Assembly: GCA_039208735.1 (NCBI GenBank)
Contig: JBCCQY010000028.1
Span: 1-64,000 of the forward strand
DNA from: Myxococcota bacterium
Lineage (GTDB): Bacteria > Myxococcota_A > UBA796 > GCA-2862545
Direction: 5' to 3'
Length of the DNA: 64,000 nucleotides
Shown: piece by piece, positions 10,392-20,267 of the stretch
Layout: each line of letters opens with the position of its first letter
Position numbering within the stretch: position 1 is the first letter of the stretch
Program-made: the position numbers and the translations under genes
The notes under the pieces: model-generated
Seen by the model: only the letters and a program-made list of their open reading frames with translations
Told to the model about the DNA's origin: nothing
The model's database searches: none

Positions 10392-11405
10392 ATGGCGAGT
10401 TGGTATGAGTGGCTCTTCGGCGTCGAAGAGTCGACCCGAGCCGTCCACCTTGGCTTCAAAGTCGAGGATGACACGCTCGTGGCCCCCAACGGACAGCGGT
10501 TCGGCATCGGACGCTTTTCCACGCCGTGTCTCAAAACGCTCCGCCAAACCGGTGAAGCCCAAGGGGCTAAGGGGCGTGTGCGCGTCAACCACGAAGTGAT
10601 CGGGGACGTTCTCGAACTCCATGCCCAACCCGAGAACGCAGGTGCCTTGTTTCAGGTCGCCTCCCAGCTCAACACGCTGGAGTTTCCTGGTCCCAACACG
10701 GTCCCCGAAGATGGCATCACCGGCTACGCCTCGGACCCTACTCAAGGACCGGCGTGTGCATTGGCAGCTGCCGCAGCCAGCGTCTACCGCAACGACTTCG
10801 TCCCTCTCGCGGGGGGCGTCGGCCAGCACCATGACACACAGATCGACCTGCTGTCAGATTTGGCCTTGCGCCTTGGTGAACCCGATGCCTATTTCACCGT
10901 GCGCAATGGCTACACCTTTTCGGACACCTCTCGCTTGAACCAACTTGCAAGACGGCTGCGCCAGGTCGGTCGCGAGGCCTGCCTCGACCAAATCCGCATT
11001 GGACTGCAAAGTCAGGTCGAGGTCACCTGGGCCCAGCGCTTCGTTCGACCCGAACGCCCCACCTTCGTCTCGCAAGCGTTCTGCAGCGCCATCTCGTGCG
11101 GCTATGTCGCCTCCGTGCCGCTCCAAGCGTGGACGCCACTCGCCACCCTCGTACTGGATGCCATGTACGAGGCCACCCTTTGGGCCACCATCCTCGACAA
11201 AGCGGAAGGACGAGGCAGCGGACGGGTGTGGTTGACCTTCGTGGGCGGAGGCGTGTTCGGCAACGAACCTGCCTGGATCGTCCATGCCATCCGCCGAGCC
11301 ATCGACCGGGTGCGGGGCTTCGCGATCGACATTCGCATCGCGCACTATGGCGAACTCCACCTTGGCTACGCCAATGCGATCGATCACCGAGGCACGGAAG
11401 GTTGA
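10392..11405 (+). CDS. Conserved hypothetical protein, possible macrodomain/PARG-like fold
   Basis: ATG after GGAGG; FQVASQLNTLE, YASDPTQGPACA and LTFVGGGVFGN motifs. Confidence 0.55.
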   Translation: MASWYEWLFGVEESTRAVHLGFKVEDDTLVAPNGQRFGIGRFSTPCLKTLRQTGEAQGAKGRVRVNHEVIGDVLELHAQPENAGALFQVASQLNTLEFPGPNTVPEDGITGYASDPTQGPACALAAAAASVYRNDFVPLAGGVGQHHDTQIDLLSDLALRLGEPDAYFTVRNGYTFSDTSRLNQLARRLRQVGREACLDQIRIGLQSQVEVTWAQRFVRPERPTFVSQAFCSAISCGYVASVPLQAWTPLATLVLDAMYEATLWATILDKAEGRGSGRVWLTFVGGGVFGNEPAWIVHAIRRAIDRVRGFAIDIRIAHYGELHLGYANAIDHRGTEG

Positions 11406-11430
11406 TCGCGTAAGCTTGGCTTACTCCTGA

Positions 11431-12198
11431 TCAATCCAGCTTCGCATCGAGCCTCACCCAGCGGTAGACCGCGCGTTCGATGCCCTCCTCATCGAGCCAA
11501 AGCCGCAGTTCGCCCAGAACGGGCGTCGCTTGCCAGCTGCGGACCCACACCGAGTCCTCATCGGTATACGGCCCGTAGCGAGCCCGAAACCCGCCGGCTT
11601 CGACGACGACGTCCACCCCGGGGAGCGCGAGAAGTTCCGGAACCTGCGTCCCCACCCGGTGCGCAAGCACGACCCGTAGGTCGACCTTGGCCAACTGGGG
11701 CAGCACGCGCCTCACCGCCGCCACCGCATCGGGCCCCGTTACGCCGGTGACGCCAACCGTGTGATCACCGGCCGAAAACGTCCGGAATGCAGGAAGGAAA
11801 TCGAGGTTCGCCGAGAGCCAGGGCAAGTCGGGCGTCGCTTCGACCCCGGGGCGCTCGGCCGCGGTGGCCAGAAGGCCATCAAACGGCGAGGCCTGCACCA
11901 TTGCAGCGTCGGTGTCGCGGGACGTGGAGGCGAGCAGACCACCTACGTTGAGCGTGAGGATCGGCGTGTTCGGCGTCCGACGTCGCATCGAACGAACGAC
12001 CGAGGCCATCCGATCGAGGCCCCCCAAAGGCTCGATCGAACAACCGCACGGCCCCACGATGCCCTCCTGCTCACTCGCGACGAGCAACACGACATCGGCA
12101 TCGTCGGACACCAGCCGACGGCGCAGAGGTCCCTCGTTCGCGATCTCGGTGGTGACCTGCGGGGCGGCAGCCGCCCAGGAAAGCAGCGACGGAAGCAT
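11431..12198 (-). CDS. UshA/5'-nucleotidase N-terminal-like (degenerate metallophosphoesterase) secreted protein
   Basis: GPCGC...GGLDRMAS, WLSANL and VGVTGV motifs; most canonical metal-ligand residues appear to be absent. Confidence 0.55.
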   Translation of the reverse strand: MLPSLLSWAAAAPQVTTEIANEGPLRRRLVSDDADVVLLVASEQEGIVGPCGCSIEPLGGLDRMASVVRSMRRRTPNTPILTLNVGGLLASTSRDTDAAMVQASPFDGLLATAAERPGVEATPDLPWLSANLDFLPAFRTFSAGDHTVGVTGVTGPDAVAAVRRVLPQLAKVDLRVVLAHRVGTQVPELLALPGVDVVVEAGGFRARYGPYTDEDSVWVRSWQATPVLGELRLWLDEEGIERAVYRWVRLDAKLD

Positions 12199-12238
12199 GC
12201 CTCGACCATAAGAGGAACGCATCGACCGTGGAGGATCG

Positions 12239-12847
12239 ATGGCCATCCTCAAAGTGGCCCGCATGGGCCATCCTGTCCTTCGGCTCGAGGCGCAGCCGGT
12301 GCGTCCCGAGGACATCGCAACGGCGGGATTCCAACGCTTTTGCAACGATCTGCTGGAAACGATGATCGAGTACGACGGGGCGGGCCTGGCCGCTCCACAG
12401 GTGCACGTCCCCCTACGGGTCGCGGTGCTCACACTCGACGGCGAAGACGAGCCGCGCTTCTTTGTCAATCCCGAGGTGACCCCACTTGGCGAAGGTACGG
12501 CTCGCACGTGGGAAGGTTGCCTGTCGGTGCCGGGGTTTCGGGGGCTCGTGGAGCGACCCGACAAGGTCCGGGTGCGGGCTTTGATGCGTGACGGCAGCGA
12601 GTACGACGAAGTTCTCGAGGGTTTTTCGGCCGTCGTCGTGCAGCACGAGTTCGACCACCTCGATGGGGTGCTGTACGTCGACCGCGTGCTGCCACGATCG
12701 CTTTTGTTCCTCGAGGAGTACCGCCGTTGGGGCCCCCCCGAGGAGTACGCCGAGGTCGAGGCCTACGAGGACGAAGAAGGATTTATCGATGATGACGACG
12801 ACGACGAGGAGGACACCGTGCCTTCCGCGTCGGTCACGGAGGCGTGA
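12239..12847 (+). CDS. def: Peptide deformylase with acidic C-terminal tail
   Basis: GAGLAAPQV, EGCLSV and QHEFDHLDG motifs. Confidence 0.95.
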   Translation: MAILKVARMGHPVLRLEAQPVRPEDIATAGFQRFCNDLLETMIEYDGAGLAAPQVHVPLRVAVLTLDGEDEPRFFVNPEVTPLGEGTARTWEGCLSVPGFRGLVERPDKVRVRALMRDGSEYDEVLEGFSAVVVQHEFDHLDGVLYVDRVLPRSLLFLEEYRRWGPPEEYAEVEAYEDEEGFIDDDDDDEEDTVPSASVTEA

Positions 12848-14148
12848 TGGGACTGCTTTCCTGGCTGTTTCCAACCCCTGAGGACCGGGTGGCCCGCGCC
12901 CGCCGGTTCTTCGAACAGAACCGTCCGGACGAGGCTCGCCTGGAGTTGCTCGGCGTCGACCACCCCGATGCGCAGGAATTGCTGGCCCGCGCACACCGGG
13001 AACTCGCGGTGGCCAACCTCGATGCCGCGGTGTCTTGGGCTCGGGCCGGCGACGACGATCGCGTGCGCATCCACCTTGAACTCGCGGACCAATTCCACGA
13101 AGGGGGCCTCGAAGAGCGCTTTCGAGAGGCCCGCCGTGAAATGCGAGAAATGCGAGAGGCCCGTCGCGCGGTGGAGGCCGATGCCCAGCGGGAAGCCCAA
13201 GCCCGTTTGTTCGACCTCGACGTGCCCGAACAATTCGACGACGGCACCGCGGGCCTGCTTCCCCACGCCGACGATCCGGAACGGGAAGAAGTGGAGCAGC
13301 GCATCGCGCTGTTGATCGAAAACTACCCCGACGCGCTCGAAGGAACGGTTCGCGATCTTGGCCCTGAGTTCATCACGGCGGTGCTCGAACTCGAGAACGG
13401 CAACCCTCAAGACGCACTGATGGGGCTGCTCGATCTGCCCGACAAGCAGCCTCTGGTGCAGTGGGAACGCGCCCGGGCCGCTCATGCCTTGGGCGATGCC
13501 TCCTCCGCGGCGACCGCCCTCCGCGCGTTCGCCAAGTTTGCCAAGGGACACCACCGCATCGGCAACACCCATTCCGGCACCTACCTGGCCCAGCTTTTGG
13601 CCGAATCGGGGGAGCTTGACGAGGCCCTCCGGGTGCTCCGCGACGTGCGACGCAAGGCCCCCCAAGAGGGTGGCGCCTTGTTTGCGCAGCTGCTGATGGT
13701 GACGGGCGAACTCGAGAAGGCCGAAACCGTGACGAAAGACCTTCTCAAGAAGTCGCCCAAGGCGATGCCGCTTTACGGTCTGCTCGCGCGCATTCGTTTG
13801 GCCGGCGACCACCGGGTCGAAGCGATGCGCGCCCTGGAAGCAGGTCTCGAAGCCACCCATTGTCCACCTGGAAAGTGCGGCTACCAGCCACCGGACCTCG
13901 ACGCGCACCGGCTGCTTGCCACGCTCTACCTCGAAGACGGCATCGAAACGCAACGAGCCCTTGAACTCTCTGCAACTGCGGCGAGCCTGGTCAACCGACC
14001 ATCGTGGGACGACATCTACCTGCGCGCCCTCGTAGCGAAAGCGACGCAGGAACCCGATGCGATGGCCCTGGCCGAGCGACTACTGCAGTCGACGCCCGAG
14101 GACGATCCGCGGCGTCCAAAGGTCCTTGCGCTGACGAGCGCGAGCTAG
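12847..14148 (+). CDS. Tetratricopeptide-repeat-like helical protein
   Basis: 434-aa Ala/Leu/Glu/Arg-rich ORF with repeated TPR-like helices; start overlaps the def stop. Confidence 0.6.
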   Translation: MGLLSWLFPTPEDRVARARRFFEQNRPDEARLELLGVDHPDAQELLARAHRELAVANLDAAVSWARAGDDDRVRIHLELADQFHEGGLEERFREARREMREMREARRAVEADAQREAQARLFDLDVPEQFDDGTAGLLPHADDPEREEVEQRIALLIENYPDALEGTVRDLGPEFITAVLELENGNPQDALMGLLDLPDKQPLVQWERARAAHALGDASSAATALRAFAKFAKGHHRIGNTHSGTYLAQLLAESGELDEALRVLRDVRRKAPQEGGALFAQLLMVTGELEKAETVTKDLLKKSPKAMPLYGLLARIRLAGDHRVEAMRALEAGLEATHCPPGKCGYQPPDLDAHRLLATLYLEDGIETQRALELSATAASLVNRPSWDDIYLRALVAKATQEPDAMALAERLLQSTPEDDPRRPKVLALTSAS

Positions 14149-14182
14149 CTGACTCGCGCAAGAGAAGCTTGCGCGAGTCTCA

Positions 14183-15613
14183 TCAACGGCCAACGCGAAA
14201 CCCAATCCCTCCGGTCACGGTGACCACGGGCTGCCCTTCCCACACGTCGGACTCCCGCTGACGGGAAGGCGCAAACCCGGCCCACCCCGAAGCCCGCACC
14301 TCGAAGCGCTCGGACAGGGCCCGCTGGAGGCGTGCGCCAACCCCCACATGGTAGGGAAACAGCACGCCTACGGTGCCTTGGAGCCACGATGTTCCGACGG
14401 CCACGTGCGGTACGGGACGTAGACGCACGGCCCGGTCGCCCGTGATGGCAACGGCAGGCGCCCCCAACGGTACGAACAAATCCACGCCAGCGCCGATCCA
14501 CACCGGTCCGACGGCGGTAGCCCCCTGCAGGTACCCCCCGGTGGTGATGGCATTCACCGCGGCAAACGTCGGGTCGACCTCGACAGGGTTCTGCAGGTAA
14601 AAGTCTTGGCTACCAAACCATCCGCCCAGCACCCCCGCGGAGATCATCCAGCGGGCGTCTTCGGTTCCTTCGGCGGGAGGCGCTGGCGGGGCAATGACCG
14701 ATGTAAGCACCCCCTCGCGAACTTCGAGCAACTCGACCCCGGATTCGGAGGGACGAGCCAGCCAGACCTCGCCCATCGCGTCGAGGAAAGGACGTAGATC
14801 ATCGGGAATCGCGTCGCCGGCTTGGAGGGTTCGTCCAAACTCGACCAACCGACCCGGGGCAAGGCTCGCCCTAAGTTCGGTCCGTTGGCCCGACTGCACA
14901 TTCGCGACGTAGCGCTCGATGACCACGCCTTGGCGCTGGACGTGGATCCAATGGCGCCCTGGGGCCAACGTGAGCTGCCCACCGGGAGCTGGCCCCGCCG
15001 GTCGCCCGTCCACGAACACCGTGTCGCGGGGGCCCAGTTCGGGCAACGCCACGAGTCCCGCCAGGCCCTCGGCAAACCGCGCACGTCGCTCTGCATAAGC
15101 GACCCGTTGCGGAGCCTCTGCCACGTCGTAAGCCGTAATCTCACGTTCCGGAGCGATGGCGTAGGCCTCGGCCCAGGGTCGTTCCACCGTGGTGCCAGCC
15201 ACCTCGACCCGCCAGGGCCCTGCGCTGGGCGCTTCGGCCAACCGGTCGCCGTAGAGCCGGTTCACCGCGAATCCTTGGTACGCCAAGGCAGTAAACAGCT
15301 GGCCACGCGCGACGTCATCCGGCACCAACGTCAACGCGCCGATCGCCGGCTCCAGAATCTGCAGGATCAACGTCTCGCCATCGAGCTGCGATTCGAACTT
15401 GCGCGCGGATTCCAACGCCGCCGCGAGGTCTTGCCAAGCGTCGGCATCGGCATCCGTGCGTGCGGTCGGGGCAGCGCGAAGCATCACGAGCGGCAAGTCG
15501 GGTCGCCCAACCTCGGACCGCAGCGCCACCTGTGCGACATCTCCCGGCCCCGGAGGCGCGATCCACACGACATCCGCGGCCCACGCAGTCAGGCTGAGTA
15601 CCGTCAGGAGCAT
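14183..15613 (-). CDS. Secreted protein with PEGA-like domain and C-terminal beta-strand-rich (possible outer-membrane) region
   Basis: ATG after GGAGGAG; VFVDGRP...LTLAPGRHWIHV (PEGA-like); amphipathic strands ending GGIGFRVGR. Confidence 0.55.
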   Translation of the reverse strand: MLLTVLSLTAWAADVVWIAPPGPGDVAQVALRSEVGRPDLPLVMLRAAPTARTDADADAWQDLAAALESARKFESQLDGETLILQILEPAIGALTLVPDDVARGQLFTALAYQGFAVNRLYGDRLAEAPSAGPWRVEVAGTTVERPWAEAYAIAPEREITAYDVAEAPQRVAYAERRARFAEGLAGLVALPELGPRDTVFVDGRPAGPAPGGQLTLAPGRHWIHVQRQGVVIERYVANVQSGQRTELRASLAPGRLVEFGRTLQAGDAIPDDLRPFLDAMGEVWLARPSESGVELLEVREGVLTSVIAPPAPPAEGTEDARWMISAGVLGGWFGSQDFYLQNPVEVDPTFAAVNAITTGGYLQGATAVGPVWIGAGVDLFVPLGAPAVAITGDRAVRLRPVPHVAVGTSWLQGTVGVLFPYHVGVGARLQRALSERFEVRASGWAGFAPSRQRESDVWEGQPVVTVTGGIGFRVGR

Positions 15614-17154
15614 GTCATCTCCTCCCCGTTGACTCGGCACGCGACGGTGCGTGGCGCAGTCACCTCGACCACGCTCTGGTAGTCGACGCCAAGGTAGTTC
15701 GCCCGGACCTCGCATGAACCTGCCGGAAAGCCCTCGATGCGCGCCGAAGAGGTCCCGCGAGCCTCGACGGTTCCACAGCCCACCCAGATCCCCGAGGCGT
15801 TCTTGAGCGTAAAGAGGGCTTTGCTGACCTCCACCGTCGGCTTGGACGGGCCCTTTGGACGAGGCCGGGGGGCGAGCTTGGGCGCCACGGGAGCAACGGA
15901 GGGCGTGGGTTTTGGCTGCACCGAGGTGGGTCCCACCTCCGACACGGGCGCAGGGGCAAACTCGAGCGACGTGCCCGGTGCCATGGCCTCCACGGCAGGG
16001 CGCTCGGAGGCCCCTCGCACCACGTCGAAGGTGATGAAACCCGCCACGGCAAACGCCACCAGACCCGCTCCCCCGACCAAGACCCCCAACAACGCCGCCA
16101 CCGCCGTCCATGAAGGAAGGCGCGCACCCGTGCTGGACAGGCCGCTGGGATCGAGCGAGTCCGACCGCAGCACCGTGGCCTCGTCACGCGAGCCCTCTTC
16201 GAGAACCCCCTCGGCGGTGTCGCCCACCTCGGCGGTGGAGGACCGCAAGCGAGGCACCACGCGGGCCGCGAACGCTTGCAGCGACTCGCCGGGCAACGAC
16301 GCCACCGCCCCAGCCCACGCTTTTGAGACCTCAGAGGCCGTGGGTCGTTCACCAGGCTCCGCCGACAACGTCTGAACCAAGGCCGAAAGCGCATCACTCC
16401 AGGCCGGCGGTGCGTCTGGAGGCGGCGTGAGCCGTGCGATGGCCTCGCTCACCAACGTCGCGTGTTGCTTGGGCAGGGCCGGCGTTCGGCCCAACGGTTC
16501 GCCACAAAGAAGTTCGTAAACCGTCGCCCCGAGCGCGTACACATCGCCCGCGGCGGTATCGCCCTGCCCCAAGATGCGTTCGGGCGCCATGTAGCGCTCC
16601 GTTCCTACCCATCCCACGCCCTTGGTCTGATGCTCCCGGCCCTCGAGCGAAAACCGAGCCACGCCAAAGTCAAGCACCTTGACCTCGGCTTCCGCGGTGA
16701 TGCGCACGTTCGACGGCTTGATGTCGCGGTGAACCACATTGAGGGGTTGACCATCCGAATCGGTCGCCGCACTCGCCGCCGCAAGGGCGCGCCCAATTCC
16801 CGCGCCAATGGCAAACGCGGCCGCCGGCGGAACCGGACCCTGGTGCGAAAGCACTTCGAGGTCGACGCCGGGAATGTGGTCCATCACAATGGCCCACCGC
16901 TGCCCCAACCGAACCAGATCGAGCACCGCCACGATGTTGCGGTGTTGAAGCTGGCCGAGGACCCGTGCTTCGTCGCGCATCCGAGTTTCTGCCTCGGTCT
17001 TCCGAGCCACGCTGCTATTGAGGACCTTGAGGGCCACCAGTCGGCGAAATCCGCCTTCAGACTCCTGTTCGGCGAGGTAAACGCGCCCAAAGGCTCCCTC
17101 GCCGAGAATCCGCTTGAGGTGGTAACGACGCCCTGAAGGTCGCGGAGAACTCAT
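15604..17154 (-). CDS. Hanks-type Ser/Thr protein kinase, membrane-anchored
   Basis: LGEGAFGRVY, VALK, HRDIKPSN, DFG, GTERYMAPE; TM segment and a Cys-containing external domain. Confidence 0.93.
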   Translation of the reverse strand: MSSPRPSGRRYHLKRILGEGAFGRVYLAEQESEGGFRRLVALKVLNSSVARKTEAETRMRDEARVLGQLQHRNIVAVLDLVRLGQRWAIVMDHIPGVDLEVLSHQGPVPPAAAFAIGAGIGRALAAASAATDSDGQPLNVVHRDIKPSNVRITAEAEVKVLDFGVARFSLEGREHQTKGVGWVGTERYMAPERILGQGDTAAGDVYALGATVYELLCGEPLGRTPALPKQHATLVSEAIARLTPPPDAPPAWSDALSALVQTLSAEPGERPTASEVSKAWAGAVASLPGESLQAFAARVVPRLRSSTAEVGDTAEGVLEEGSRDEATVLRSDSLDPSGLSSTGARLPSWTAVAALLGVLVGGAGLVAFAVAGFITFDVVRGASERPAVEAMAPGTSLEFAPAPVSEVGPTSVQPKPTPSVAPVAPKLAPRPRPKGPSKPTVEVSKALFTLKNASGIWVGCGTVEARGTSSARIEGFPAGSCEVRANYLGVDYQSVVEVTAPRTVACRVNGEEMTCS

Positions 17155-17582
17155 GGGCAGGTCACTCCATCCGGCGCTTCGAGGGTGACTTCGACCTGGG
17201 CCTCGGGGCCGAGCGGCAAGTGGTTGTTGGTGACCAAGCTGACCGAAAGCAACACGTTCGACCCATCCGAGAAGGATTCGCGGTCGTAGTCATCACACCA
17301 CGTGGCGGCACTACGGCAAAAGCCGCGTTCCAGACTTGGCCCTCCATGCCAATGCCCTTCGCCGTCTACGGGTTCACGGTCGTCTTCAGGGTCCACCAGC
17401 GTCAGTCCATCGATGTCAACCACGAGGATGGTCTCGATTTCGCAGTTGTCGTTGAGGGTCAGGGTCTGACCTTGCTCGGGAAACTTCACTTCGATGGCAG
17501 GGCCAGCATTGACGGTGATGGGATCGGGCGGAGCACAGGCCATCACGATGGACCCGATCAGCAACGCGACGCGAAACGACAT
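17151..17582 (-). CDS. Small lipoprotein with GEGHWH motif
   Basis: VALLIGSIVMAC lipobox; DGEGHWHGG; ATGA-type overlap with the kinase. Confidence 0.6.
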   Translation of the reverse strand: MSFRVALLIGSIVMACAPPDPITVNAGPAIEVKFPEQGQTLTLNDNCEIETILVVDIDGLTLVDPEDDREPVDGEGHWHGGPSLERGFCRSAATWCDDYDRESFSDGSNVLLSVSLVTNNHLPLGPEAQVEVTLEAPDGVTCP

Positions 17583-17648
17583 GACATCCTCTCTTCATCA
17601 GGGCGGACCGGGTTCGCCGCGATAGGCGTCCCGAAGGAGGCCGGACCG

Positions 17649-20207
17649 TTGGCTTACGACCATCAGACGATTGAGCCCAAGTGGCAAGCGTGGTGGGCCG
17701 ATCATGGCACGTTCCACGCGACCGAGGACCCGTCGAAACCAAAATTCTACGTGCTTTGCATGTTCCCCTACCCGAGCGGTTCGGGGCTCCATGTCGGGCA
17801 TCCCGAGAGCTACACCGCCGTAGACATCATGGCGCGGTTCAAGCGAATGCGGGGATTAAACGTTCTTAATCCGATTGGCTTCGACAGCTTTGGCCTTCCC
17901 GCAGAACGGGCTGCGCAGCGGGAAAATCGTCACCCTGCCGAAATCACGCGCGAAAACATCGCGTACTTTCGGCAGCAGATGCAGGCCCTTGGGTTTTCGT
18001 TCAACTGGGAACGCGAAGTCTCGACCCACACCGTCGAGTACTACCGCTGGACCCAGTGGATCTTCCTGAAGCTTCACGAGCAAGGCCTCGCCTATCTGGC
18101 CGAGGTTCCGGTGAACTGGTGCCCCGCTCAGGGGACGGTGTTGGCCAACGAAGAAGTCGTCGATGGGCGCTACGTCGAAACGGGCGACCCGGTCGAGCGG
18201 CGCCTCATGAAGCAATGGATGCTCAAGATCACGGTCTACGCCCAGCGGCTGCTCGATGATCTCGAAGGCCTGGATTGGCCGGCCGGCATTCTCAAGCAAC
18301 AGGCGGACTGGATTGGGCGCTCGGAAGGAGCCGAGGTGCGGTTTGAGGTCGCGGAGCACGACGATTCGTTCGTGGTCTACACCACCCGCCCAGACACCCT
18401 GTTTGGCGCCACCTACTGCGTGCTGGCCCCCGAGCATGGGCTCGTCGAATCGATCACCACCGACGCTCAACGGGCCGAAGTCGAAGCCTACGTCGAACAG
18501 GCCCGCAACCGGTCGGACATGGACCGTCAACTCGCCGCCGAAAAAGAGAAGACCGGGGTCTTCACGGGAGCCTACGCGGTGAACCCGGTCAACGGCGAAA
18601 AGGTCCCGATCTGGGTCGCCGACTACGTCCTGGTGACCTACGGCACCGGGGCCATCATGGCGGTGCCCGCTCACGATGAACGCGACCACGCGTTCGCCAA
18701 GAAGTTCGGCATCGAGATTCGCCCGGTCTACGACCCTGGCAACGACCATGACTTCAACGAGGCGGCGTGGCCGGGAGAAGGCAAAGCCGTAGGCTCGGGA
18801 GAATTCGACGGGCTCACCGTCGAGCAGTTCAAGCCCGCGATCCTCGATTGGCTCGAGAAGCACGACAAGGGCGAGCGAAAGATCAACTACAAGCTCCGGG
18901 ACTGGCTGTTCTCCCGGCAGCGGTATTGGGGCGAGCCCTTCCCCATCGTCCACCTCGACACGGGCGAAGTGGTGCCCCTGCCCTACGATGACCTACCGGT
19001 GACGCTTCCCCACGTCGATGCCTACCGACCCACCGAAGACGGCCGCCCTCCGCTGGCCCGCGCCGACGAGAGCTGGCTGCGCACCGAAGTGAACGGCCAG
19101 CCCGGTACCCGCGAGACCAACACGATGCCCCAGTGGGCGGGAAGTTGCTGGTACTACCTGCGCTACATGGACCCGCACAACACCGAGCTGCCCTTTTCGC
19201 AGGATGCGGTCAACTACTGGCAGAACGTCGACCTGTACATCGGTGGGGCCGAGCATGCCGTGCTGCACCTGCTCTACGCTCGGTTCTGGCACAAGGTGCT
19301 CTTCGATTGTGGCCTGGTGCCGACGAAAGAACCGTTCCAGCGGCTCTTCAACCAAGGGATGATCCAGTCGTACGCCTACCGCGAGGAAGCCGGTCGCTAC
19401 TACCATCCCGACCAGGTCGAGCAGCGCGCGGGCGAGCACGTCGAAATCCGGAGTGCTCACTCGGGTGAACCCGTCCAGACCGATTGGTTTACCGGCGAAG
19501 GCACGGCCGTCGAACAGACCCTCGGCAAGATGGGCAAGTCGCTCAACAACAGCGTCGACCCCCTCGATATCAGTCGGAAGTACGGCGCCGACACCCTGCG
19601 CATGTACGAGATGTTCATGGGGCCGCTCGAGCAGGCCAAACCATGGCAGACCAGCGGCTGCGAAGGCATTCACCGTTTCCTGTCTCGCGTTTGGCGTCTA
19701 TTCCTCGACGACGGTGATGGCGCCCGGAACTTTGGCGAGACCTCGGCTGAGGTCAAGCGTGCGTTGCACCTGGCCATTCGTGAAGCCACCGACGGCATCG
19801 AGGCGTTGAAACTCAATACGCCGATCAGCCGCATGATGGAGTTCGTGAACGCCTGCAAGGGCCAACTCCCTGCCGAGGCCGAGGCCCTCGACTTCCTGCG
19901 CATCTTGTCGCCGTTCGCTCCGCACATCGCCGAAGAACTCTGGGAAAAGCTCGGCCACACCACCTCGATCGCCCACGAGACGTGGCCCGAGGTCGACGAA
20001 CGTGCCCTCGTGCTCGACGAGGTCGAGATGGCGGTGCAAGTCAACGGGAAAGTCCGCGCGAAGATCAAGGTGCCCTCATCGGCCGACAAGGACGCCGTTT
20101 TGGCGTTGGCCAAGTCCGATGACAACGTGATTCGCTACCTGGACGGCAAGACGCTGAAGCGCGAGATCGTGGTGCCCGGCCGGCTCGTCAACCTCGTCGT
20201 GGGGTAG
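17649..20207 (+). CDS. leuS: Leucine--tRNA ligase
   Basis: MFPYPSGSGLHVGH (HIGH), LRDWLFSRQRYWG, KMGKS; TTG start after AAGGAGG. Confidence 0.97.
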   Translation: MAYDHQTIEPKWQAWWADHGTFHATEDPSKPKFYVLCMFPYPSGSGLHVGHPESYTAVDIMARFKRMRGLNVLNPIGFDSFGLPAERAAQRENRHPAEITRENIAYFRQQMQALGFSFNWEREVSTHTVEYYRWTQWIFLKLHEQGLAYLAEVPVNWCPAQGTVLANEEVVDGRYVETGDPVERRLMKQWMLKITVYAQRLLDDLEGLDWPAGILKQQADWIGRSEGAEVRFEVAEHDDSFVVYTTRPDTLFGATYCVLAPEHGLVESITTDAQRAEVEAYVEQARNRSDMDRQLAAEKEKTGVFTGAYAVNPVNGEKVPIWVADYVLVTYGTGAIMAVPAHDERDHAFAKKFGIEIRPVYDPGNDHDFNEAAWPGEGKAVGSGEFDGLTVEQFKPAILDWLEKHDKGERKINYKLRDWLFSRQRYWGEPFPIVHLDTGEVVPLPYDDLPVTLPHVDAYRPTEDGRPPLARADESWLRTEVNGQPGTRETNTMPQWAGSCWYYLRYMDPHNTELPFSQDAVNYWQNVDLYIGGAEHAVLHLLYARFWHKVLFDCGLVPTKEPFQRLFNQGMIQSYAYREEAGRYYHPDQVEQRAGEHVEIRSAHSGEPVQTDWFTGEGTAVEQTLGKMGKSLNNSVDPLDISRKYGADTLRMYEMFMGPLEQAKPWQTSGCEGIHRFLSRVWRLFLDDGDGARNFGETSAEVKRALHLAIREATDGIEALKLNTPISRMMEFVNACKGQLPAEAEALDFLRILSPFAPHIAEELWEKLGHTTSIAHETWPEVDERALVLDEVEMAVQVNGKVRAKIKVPSSADKDAVLALAKSDDNVIRYLDGKTLKREIVVPGRLVNLVVG

Positions 20208-20267
20208 CCGTCCTGCAACGCTGCTTGTATGCTGACGAGGTAGCACTCGCTTTTGTGAGGCAGGCCC

